The notes beneath the pieces were generated by a model, which had not been told where the DNA came from, made no database searches, and worked only from the letters and a program-made list of their open reading frames with translations. The position numbers and the translations under genes are program-made. Positions 1 through 6,870 of a stretch of DNA of 33,280 nt are shown here, piece after piece; positions within the stretch are counted from its first letter, which is position 1; each line of letters opens with the position of its first letter. This stretch comes from a virus (lineage: Duplodnaviria > Heunggongvirae > Uroviricota > Caudoviricetes), in IMG/VR virus record IMGVR_UViG_2700989274_000006, positions 1 through 33,280 of that record. One strand, given 5' to 3'.

Positions 1-1326
1 ATGGCGCTTTCAAGACAAAAATTTACCTTCGAAAGACTTCGCAGATTCACCTTACCGGAAGGGAAAAAACAAACTTTTCTTTGGGATGCAGATGTAACAA
101 CCCTGGCATGCCGAGCAACTAGCGGAGCAAAAGCCTTTGTATTCCAAAGCGTATATGCGGGGAAAACCCTTCGCATGACTATTGGCAATATTAACGACTG
201 GAAGATTGATGATGCGAGAGCCGAGGCAAGACGGATACAAACATTGATCGATACAGGGATAGATCCACGAGTTGCTAAGGCTGTAAAAATCGCAGAAGCA
301 GAATCCCTGCAGGCAGAATCACGTAAAACAAAAGTGACTTTCTCCGTCGCCTGGGAAGACTATCTTCAAGAATTGAGAACCGGTATCAGTGCAAAAACTA
401 AACGCCCATATTCTACTCGATACATTGCCGATCACATTAACTTGTCCAGTCGTGGAGGCGAAAGTAAAAAAAGAGGCCAAGGCCCGACTTCGGCTGGACC
501 ATTGGCTAGTTTGCTCAACCTGCCGTTATCGGAGCTAACCCCAGATTACATAGCAGCGTGGCTGAGTACAGAAAGGCAAAATAGACCTACCGTCACTGCT
601 CACGCTTATCGCCTACTACGTGCTTTCATCAAATGGAGTAATTATCAGAAAAAATATCAAGGGATCATTCCTGGCGATCTGGCACAAGATTACAACGTAA
701 GAAAAATGGTTCCCGTGTCAGCGAGTAAAGCTGATGATTGCCTGCAAAAGGAACAACTAAAAAGCTGGTTTAGTGCCGTGCGTAGCCTCAATAATCCTAT
801 TGCATCGGCCTATCTCCAAGTACTTTTGCTCACTGGTGCTCGGCGTGAAGAAATTGCGTCGCTTCGCTGGTCAGACGTAGATTTCAAATGGTCAAGCATG
901 CGAATTAAAGACAAGATCGAAGGTGAACGTATCATCCCTCTCACTCCTTATGTTTCTGAATTGTTAAATGTACTAGCGCAATCCCCAAATTCTGACGTAA
1001 ATAAGGAGGGTTGGGTTTTCAGAAGTAACAGTAAAAGTGGCAAAATTATTGAGCCGCGTTCAGCGCACAACAGAGCGTTAGTGCTGGCTGAGTTACCACA
1101 TATCAGCCTTCACGGTTTACGTCGTAGTTTTGGTACTTTGGCCGAGTGGGTTGAAGTTCCCACTGGTATTGTTGCTCAAATTATGGGACACAAACCCAGC
1201 GCTCTTGCCGAAAAACACTATCGCCGTCGTCCGTTAGATCTGTTACGAAAATGGCACGAGAAAATTGAGACATGGATCTTAAATGAAGCAGGTATTACCA
1301 TAAAAAACAACGTTGATATGCGTTGA
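1..1326 (+). CDS. Tyrosine site-specific integrase (P4/CP4-57-like island integrase)
   Basis: 441 aa ORF; conserved catalytic-domain motifs LLLTGARREEIASLRWSDVDF, HGLRRSF and a C-terminal HxxY-type region (MGHKPSALAEKHY); gene starts at window position 1, so the att site or tRNA target would lie upstream, outside the window. Confidence 0.9.
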   Translation: MALSRQKFTFERLRRFTLPEGKKQTFLWDADVTTLACRATSGAKAFVFQSVYAGKTLRMTIGNINDWKIDDARAEARRIQTLIDTGIDPRVAKAVKIAEAESLQAESRKTKVTFSVAWEDYLQELRTGISAKTKRPYSTRYIADHINLSSRGGESKKRGQGPTSAGPLASLLNLPLSELTPDYIAAWLSTERQNRPTVTAHAYRLLRAFIKWSNYQKKYQGIIPGDLAQDYNVRKMVPVSASKADDCLQKEQLKSWFSAVRSLNNPIASAYLQVLLLTGARREEIASLRWSDVDFKWSSMRIKDKIEGERIIPLTPYVSELLNVLAQSPNSDVNKEGWVFRSNSKSGKIIEPRSAHNRALVLAELPHISLHGLRRSFGTLAEWVEVPTGIVAQIMGHKPSALAEKHYRRRPLDLLRKWHEKIETWILNEAGITIKNNVDMR

Positions 1327-1442
1327 TTCCATTAAAAATCAACATATTACAAAATATCATCAACTATTGATCAAGATAGATTTTCATGTATCGTAATACA
1401 CAGTTTAGTCAATGATACAGCAACTACACAGGAGATAAGCCA

Positions 1443-1883
1443 ATGGCAACCCCAGCAACTGTATCCATAGAACCCACTCTGGCAGCTATCAGAGCTCGCT
1501 GGTGTATTAATTCAAGTAAAACAACTCAATCCTTTAACGATCCTGCGTCCATGGAAGAGGTTGTCGAGTATCTCAAAGGAACATACTCAGCTCTTCGCAA
1601 GTCTGTCGCATGCGCCAAACTGAAAATTTTACATCTTAAACAAAGAATGCAAAATGCTACTAACTTTCTCGCGCGTCTGATGTCATGTAAAAATCAGGCA
1701 TCCAGATCGCATCACAGTACGGCTAAATCAGCTAAAAGTGCCTTATCATCAGATTCAGGTGATGGTAGTGACCCCGACCCCGAGCCCGAAACGTTTCCTT
1801 CTGCCTTCATTACTACCCCTACTAATTCAATAATGCTTAAAGCTTTCTTTGCCAATATCTCAATCACTGAGGTGGCAAAATGA
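1443..1883 (+). CDS. Hypothetical protein with acidic Ser/Asp/Pro-rich low-complexity tail
   Basis: 146 aa ORF preceded by AGGAGA about 8 nt upstream; its stop overlaps the alpA-like start (ATGA); no recognisable domain. Confidence 0.4.
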   Translation: MATPATVSIEPTLAAIRARWCINSSKTTQSFNDPASMEEVVEYLKGTYSALRKSVACAKLKILHLKQRMQNATNFLARLMSCKNQASRSHHSTAKSAKSALSSDSGDGSDPDPEPETFPSAFITTPTNSIMLKAFFANISITEVAK

Positions 1884-2104
1884 GCGCATTCAAACTCCCG
1901 GATACATCTCAATCACAGCTCATTTCAACAGCTGAGTTAGCTAAAATCATTAGCTACAAATCTCAAACCATTCGTAAATGGCTTTGTCAGGACAAATTGC
2001 CTGAGGGGCTACCTCGCCCAAAACAAATCAATGGCCGCCATTACTGGTTACGTAAAGATGTCCTCGATTTTATAGATACATTTTCTGTACGAGAAAGTCT
2101 GTAA
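1880..2104 (+). CDS. alpA: AlpA-family phage/island transcriptional regulator (excisionase-like HTH)
   Basis: 74 aa; pattern LISTAELAKIISYKSQTIRKWLCQDKLPEGLPRPKQINGRHYWLRKDVLDFI matches the AlpA winged-HTH family; its position just downstream of the integrase is as in CP4-57. Confidence 0.65.
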   Translation: MSAFKLPDTSQSQLISTAELAKIISYKSQTIRKWLCQDKLPEGLPRPKQINGRHYWLRKDVLDFIDTFSVRESL

Positions 2105-2222
2105 TAAATTACAGATTTAATTTTATTGATTTATAGCGATGTTGCCCCGAGAAAAATGGGGCAACACTGAGAAATTTCAGATAGTAGTTTTATATTGAGA
2201 TAACAAAGAGGTTTCCTTAAAA

Positions 2223-3077
2223 ATGTCTAATAGTGTTACTAATTTTGAGATGAGCAGCGTTCTACCAGGAAAAAAACCTTGTCAAGGCAAAAACAATGAG
2301 TCACAGGTAGTACAGACTACTCCCATAAAAAAACACTCAGTCACGTTCAAAAATCAATCTTCATTAGGAGTAATTGATCATTATGCCAGACTAACAAATA
2401 AATCTCACTCTTCCGTAATAGCGGAAGTTGTGGATTTGGCTATCCCTATATTAGAAAAATGCAATCGTCATAACTGGTCAATAAATGAAATAAAAAATGA
2501 CCTGTTAAAGTTCTCTATAAAAGAAAGCATCAATCGAAGCCGAGGTAAAACAGAAGTAACTCTGGAAGAGTACTGTTCGTTAATCTGGAAAACGAACATC
2601 ATGAGTCCATTAAAAATCCCCATTGCAGATTACTTTCAACTGAACGCTAATGATGAATTCATGGGGAAAGATGAAAAAACAGTTATACGTGAAAGGCTAT
2701 CCTCGCTGAGGGAAAATTACGATATGGAAAAAGCCATTTACATTTACAATCAACGACATTTTAATGTAAAGCATCAAAGTGTCTCAGGATATTCAAACAT
2801 TATTCTTATTCATAGAACAACCTTTGAGGATTATTACTTTGATGTCGGGCAGACTCTACTCTTGTCAACATCCCAATTAATTATATTCGGGATAAATGAA
2901 GTTCTTAGAAGAAAGGGGATTGTTATGCCTTATCCGGTTGTTTGTTGGATTGATATTTACCATGTCAATGAGATGGTGGTTATGCTGCCAGTGATCCGTA
3001 AAACAGATGTTTCCAACCGTGTTAATGCACCGGATGACATCATTATAAACCCATACTCACAGGAGAGCAGAACCTAA
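2223..3077 (+). CDS. Hypothetical protein with N-terminal ribbon-helix-helix-like segment
   Basis: 284 aa ORF in a markedly AT-rich stretch; the segment KHSVTFKNQSSLGVIDHYARLTNKSHSSVIAEVVDLAI has the beta-strand plus two-helix pattern of Arc/CopG RHH domains; C-terminal ~200 aa unassigned. Confidence 0.45.
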   Translation: MSNSVTNFEMSSVLPGKKPCQGKNNESQVVQTTPIKKHSVTFKNQSSLGVIDHYARLTNKSHSSVIAEVVDLAIPILEKCNRHNWSINEIKNDLLKFSIKESINRSRGKTEVTLEEYCSLIWKTNIMSPLKIPIADYFQLNANDEFMGKDEKTVIRERLSSLRENYDMEKAIYIYNQRHFNVKHQSVSGYSNIILIHRTTFEDYYFDVGQTLLLSTSQLIIFGINEVLRRKGIVMPYPVVCWIDIYHVNEMVVMLPVIRKTDVSNRVNAPDDIIINPYSQESRT

Positions 3078-3103
3078 GAGGTAACAAAGAAGGACAAACA
3101 ATT

Positions 3104-3802
3104 ATGAGAGGTAAAATACTACTTTACCACTCAAAGTATCGCTGGCAATCACGCTCTATTTTTGGTTATTTTTTATACAAAATAACATTATTCAGGTATC
3201 AAAAAATAATTTATGACACCGGAGTGCATCAGATGCGTTCATTTTTTTACACCATATGCAGTAGCGAACAGCAAGAAAGCATTACAGATCATCACTCACT
3301 TGCTGAGATATGCCAAAAATTTAATATTCTACCTGAACATGTTGTGATCGAGCAGGTAGATATTAAAGAGGTTGTTTCAGAGCAACGTTTACTCAGACAA
3401 TTGATTCATCATGAAATGAACCGGCAGGACACGCTTGTCATTCCAGATCTAAGCTGTCTTGGCAGAACTGTGGAGGACTTACAGAATATTTTATTTTTTT
3501 GCCTTCAAAAAGAAATGTTTATCTACAGCTACCATCCAGCTTCAAGGATAGAGCCTTCTGCTGAAAGTTGCTTGTCTTTTTTGATTGCTCGTCAGGATAC
3601 GATTGACATTCACAATCTGAAATCAACTAAAAGCCGATATCGACATGTTAAGAAGAAATTAGGACGAAAGGAGGGAAGCAAATACCGACGTGATATCACA
3701 ATACTTAAGAAAGGTGGATTTACTCAGGCTGAGATTGCAAAGAAATTGAGTATCAGTTTATCGACTGTGAAGCGGCACTGGAATAACGGAATCATCGGTT
3801 AA
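3104..3802 (+). CDS. Serine-recombinase (resolvase)-like protein with C-terminal HTH, probably catalytically degenerate
   Basis: Segment YTICSSEQQ ... LVIPDLSCLGR aligns with resolvase YARVSTSQQ ... LVKKLDRLGR but lacks the Arg equivalents (R8 to I, D67-R68 to S-C); C-terminal HTH GFTQAEIAKKLSISLSTVKRH; alternative start at 3233 (MRSFFYT, GGAG upstream). Confidence 0.5.
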   Translation: MRGKILLYHSKYRWQSRSIFGYFLYKITLFRYQKIIYDTGVHQMRSFFYTICSSEQQESITDHHSLAEICQKFNILPEHVVIEQVDIKEVVSEQRLLRQLIHHEMNRQDTLVIPDLSCLGRTVEDLQNILFFCLQKEMFIYSYHPASRIEPSAESCLSFLIARQDTIDIHNLKSTKSRYRHVKKKLGRKEGSKYRRDITILKKGGFTQAEIAKKLSISLSTVKRHWNNGIIG

Positions 3803-3904
3803 TTCCAGAAGCTAATTGCAGAGTAACTTTTTAACAGCCATCACAGGCTGGGGCTACCTTCGTCTCAAATTTAGATGTTGGATAGGTATTATAATGGCAT
3901 TGTG

Positions 3905-4063
3905 TACTCTTACTACCTGTATTCACCAGTAAGAGTAGTAATCAGATCAGTATATCCGTACTAAGATCTGATACCAGTATATACCGACAACAGTGACCAG
4001 GAATAGCCCTGCCTGTATGGCATCCCTGTACGGTCTGCTATAGACCGTAGGACCAAATACAGG
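3905..4063. promoter_or_regulatory. Cluster of inverted repeats immediately upstream of the YfjJ-like gene (candidate operator or origin-like structure)
   Basis: 9-bp IR tactcttac (3905-3913) / gtaagagta (3929-3937); nested dyad cctgtat (4012-4018) ... tacggtc (4029-4035) / gaccgta (4043-4049) ... atacagg (4057-4063); direct repeats of cagtatat(a/c)ccg at 3948-3990. Confidence 0.3.
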
Positions 4064-4071
4064 TATATATT

Positions 4072-4698
4072 ATGAAAACATATCAAGGTACTCATGGAGT
4101 ACATATCCTCGAATATCAGATCAAGATTAAAAAATTATTATGTTATTTGACTAACCGTTACCCCAGGTTAACGGCGGTACGTGTCGATCTGCATTATCCG
4201 AAGATAGTCGATAACGGAGACAATATCTGCTGTTTCCCTAATCTTGAACCAGGGGTGATATCCCGAATGCGTGATTCCCTCAGAGCTAAACTGGAGGCTG
4301 ACCGTACCCGTAAGGAGCGTGAAGGTAAACGCATCTACCGTTGCCCTTTATTTATTATATGGGCGAAAGAGTATTCTGAATCAGGTAAATGCCACTATCA
4401 CATTTGCCTGTTGTTCAACAAAGACGCTTACTACCACCTCGGGGATTACGATCAGCACGATAACCTGAGAGGGATGATTACGGGAGCGTGGTACAGCGCC
4501 CTGAGACTGGAGAGAGACGATCACCCAGGTCTGGTCCATTTTCCTGATAACTGTAAGTACGTGCTGGATACCAATAATGCTGACTTCCAGCATAACTACC
4601 AAGCGCTGTTAACCCGACTGGATTACCTCACCAAAGTCGAAAGCAAAGTGTTTGGTGAAGGAGACCGTAACTTCGGCTGTAGCCAAATCGATCTGTAA
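4072..4698 (+). CDS. YfjJ/YagK-like protein (inovirus Gp2-type family)
   Basis: 208 aa; recalled similarity to the CP4-57 YfjJ / CP4-6 YagK family (PRLTAVRVDLHYP, CHYHICLLFNKDAYYHLG); position after int-alpA is as in CP4-57; family assignment is from memory, not a search. Confidence 0.5.
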   Translation: MKTYQGTHGVHILEYQIKIKKLLCYLTNRYPRLTAVRVDLHYPKIVDNGDNICCFPNLEPGVISRMRDSLRAKLEADRTRKEREGKRIYRCPLFIIWAKEYSESGKCHYHICLLFNKDAYYHLGDYDQHDNLRGMITGAWYSALRLERDDHPGLVHFPDNCKYVLDTNNADFQHNYQALLTRLDYLTKVESKVFGEGDRNFGCSQIDL

Positions 4699-4707
4699 GT
4701 CGGCAAT

Positions 4708-4737
4708 GGCCTTCTCTTTGTGGGAAGGCCTATTTTA
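4708..4737 (+). terminator. Rho-independent terminator downstream of the YfjJ-like gene
   Basis: GGCCTTC (4708-4714), 9-nt loop, GAAGGCC (4724-4730), followed by TATTTTA. Confidence 0.55.
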
Positions 4738-4785
4738 CGTCAGAGTTCAATAATATAACCAGCAGATAACCTGCCCCCAGGATCT

Positions 4786-5577
4786 TCAATTTGGTGTGAT
4801 TTTTCCACTTTCAGTCATGATAGCGATTGCTTCGTCGATAGTCTGTGTTGTAAAGAGCGAGTTTTCCCTACAGTCCTTGCGAATCACCTTCCTGTTTTTT
4901 TGCACAGAAATGTTCTCGCACCAAGCTAATGTTTCGGCGGCATGCTTTTCTTCCATGCTAATGTCCAAAAAAGCGAGGCGGCTATCAAGGGATTGCATAT
5001 CCTCATTGACAATTGAAGGACTGGATTCTAGGAGGTTCAAACGGTTTTCAACATCGGCAACCTTGCCTTTCACCTGTGAGACGTCTTCCACCAATTTTTC
5101 ATGTCTGTGGATAGCATCAGCAAGTGCTCGTGAGTTTTGGGCCAATATTTCAGCCATTTGCGCGAGGGCAGATCCTTTTGCTTCTGGCGGTGGTGGATAT
5201 ACTCCATGTTTAGTCAACGATGGTATGACCTCATGGAATAACCATTTTTGAAAGCGCTTACCAGCCGCGCTTCGGTCACTCGACATAACTCGATACAAAC
5301 CTGGTTGGGTGACGAAGATCTCTTTCTGACCTTCAAAAACACCATTTTCAGCATCTGTAGTAATATACTCATCGGGGTCAAGAGCCTGTAATTGCGCCCT
5401 GATTATTCCAGCCATCGATTTTACTGTGTAATCAGCGTTGATTTCTCTATTTTCTTTATTCAGCGTGATTAAAACATCTCGTAGTGAGATATATAGAATC
5501 TCACCAAGTATCAATGTTCTTAGATCACTTTCACCAGTCTCACCACGGTAACATATCTTGGTCAGGTTACTATTCAT
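4786..5577 (-). CDS. BRO-N domain protein (phage antirepressor-like)
   Basis: 263 aa; N-terminal Bro-N signature QPGLYRVMSSDRSAAGKRFQKWLFHEVIPSLTKHGVY; coiled-coil-like C-terminus; GAGGA 4-5 nt upstream of the ATG. Confidence 0.6.
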   Translation of the reverse strand: MNSNLTKICYRGETGESDLRTLILGEILYISLRDVLITLNKENREINADYTVKSMAGIIRAQLQALDPDEYITTDAENGVFEGQKEIFVTQPGLYRVMSSDRSAAGKRFQKWLFHEVIPSLTKHGVYPPPPEAKGSALAQMAEILAQNSRALADAIHRHEKLVEDVSQVKGKVADVENRLNLLESSPSIVNEDMQSLDSRLAFLDISMEEKHAAETLAWCENISVQKNRKVIRKDCRENSLFTTQTIDEAIAIMTESGKITPN

Positions 5578-5632
5578 TGATCCTCACATCGCAAAGTATA
5601 GGCACATTCAAATCAGTATCTTTTTTCCTGTG

Positions 5633-5665
5633 CTGTTCTGAGGTGAGTATATCACCTCAGAACAG
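5633..5665. repeat. Perfect 14-bp inverted repeat with 5-nt loop
   Basis: ctgttctgaggtga (5633-5646) / gtata / tcacctcagaacag (5652-5665); lies between the 3' end of the methyltransferase-helicase-T5orf172 operon and the BRO-N gene start; no U-tract on either strand. Confidence 0.5.
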
Positions 5666-5691
5666 GTGGCCAAATTCGGTGTGTCACTTCA

Positions 5692-6870
5692 CTATGCCTT
5701 CACCAGTTTCGCAGACATGGGGTCATAAACATACCCAATGATGCTACCATCCTTAATACGTGCAACAGCCTCATCGATAACGAATAACGGAACGAGAAAC
5801 CATTCCTCGGGCTGTACTGGATGGCCGAAACGGTCGTTAATGGTAATGTTAAGCCTTGCGGGTGCAAACAACCTGTGAAACAGGTTTTCCATCCGGGTGC
5901 GGTTGATGCCTGCAAGCTTGTATGAAGCTACTACCTCGACCTTCGCTAACAGATAGGTGGAATCGTGTTCCGCATTGGCAATACGCGCCTCTACTTTGCC
6001 GCCAGTCACTCCAATCTTGTGAATGACATCACGATGTTCAGCTACATAAGGGTTATCAGATAGCGAACGCAACACATAAATGGTGCCACTTTCTAGATCG
6101 CTCTCTTCTAGAGCATCGCTGAATAAAGGCCCCATGTCTGGATCGGTAATTCGGCGTGCTGTTTCGTCTTTATACAAAGCACGAACCAGTGACAGCCGAA
6201 GTAGGTTGCTTTCCGTACCATTCGAGTAAATGACACGCAGTCGAGCATCTTTCTTCCCCTGTGGCGAATCGAACTCTTCACCTTCCTCAGCCACATAAGC
6301 CGTTTGACCATCCAGGATGAACCAATGGCCCACTTCAATCGTTGCATACTGTCCAAAAGGTCGGGTCACTCTTAACCCTGAACTTAGATCACTGCGCACC
6401 TGTTCAAATAGCGGTTTGAATGTATCAAAATCCTCGCACGGCTTGCGATCCGCGATCCCTTGTACAGCACGCTTTTCGGAGCTAGCACGAACATGACGCA
6501 AGACTGTGATATCGTCCTCGCTGGTAACATCCGCCAGTTCGGCAGCCAAATTATCGATATCGATAAATTCGTCCGCTGACTCCGCTCCCTCCCCCCCTCC
6601 GGCCAACAAGCCCTGATGATCCAGCGGCTCTAGCAAGGCACGGCAGTCTGGGAGACTGCGTAGCCGGTCGAGCCGCACTGCATAGAGGCGCTCGAAGATC
6701 TCACGATCTTCGCCGTGTTGCGGCGCACGTCCATGTTGGTCAGCGAAGCGCTGGATTTCCTCAAAACCTGCGATGATGCGTTCCTCGCTGGCTGGACGTC
6801 CTTTTTTCTTCTCCGGTGGTGCAAATTCGGCAAGTTCTGCCGCCAAATCGTCTAAATCAGAATTACTCAT
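5692..6870 (-). CDS. T5orf172 (GIY-YIG-like) domain protein, third gene of the candidate defense operon
   Basis: C-terminal motifs GTIYVLRS, HKIGVTGGKVEARI, MENLFHRLF, EEWF match the T5orf172 family pattern; preferred start at 6870 (MSNSDLDD, GGAGGG 5 nt upstream, 8-nt overlap with the helicase stop); the longest ORF extends to 6936. Confidence 0.6.
   Translation of the reverse strand: MSNSDLDDLAAELAEFAPPEKKKGRPASEERIIAGFEEIQRFADQHGRAPQHGEDREIFERLYAVRLDRLRSLPDCRALLEPLDHQGLLAGGGEGAESADEFIDIDNLAAELADVTSEDDITVLRHVRASSEKRAVQGIADRKPCEDFDTFKPLFEQVRSDLSSGLRVTRPFGQYATIEVGHWFILDGQTAYVAEEGEEFDSPQGKKDARLRVIYSNGTESNLLRLSLVRALYKDETARRITDPDMGPLFSDALEESDLESGTIYVLRSLSDNPYVAEHRDVIHKIGVTGGKVEARIANAEHDSTYLLAKVEVVASYKLAGINRTRMENLFHRLFAPARLNITINDRFGHPVQPEEWFLVPLFVIDEAVARIKDGSIIGYVYDPMSAKLVKA

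Noticed and set aside
4796-5251. 151-aa plus-strand ORF
   Set aside because: Lies entirely antisense to the BRO-N gene, which has a recognisable domain; classic shadow ORF.
5633-5665. Considered the 14-bp palindrome as the intrinsic terminator of the defense operon
   Set aside because: No U-tract follows the hairpin in the minus-strand transcript (an A-rich stretch follows instead), so I report it as a palindrome or operator candidate only.
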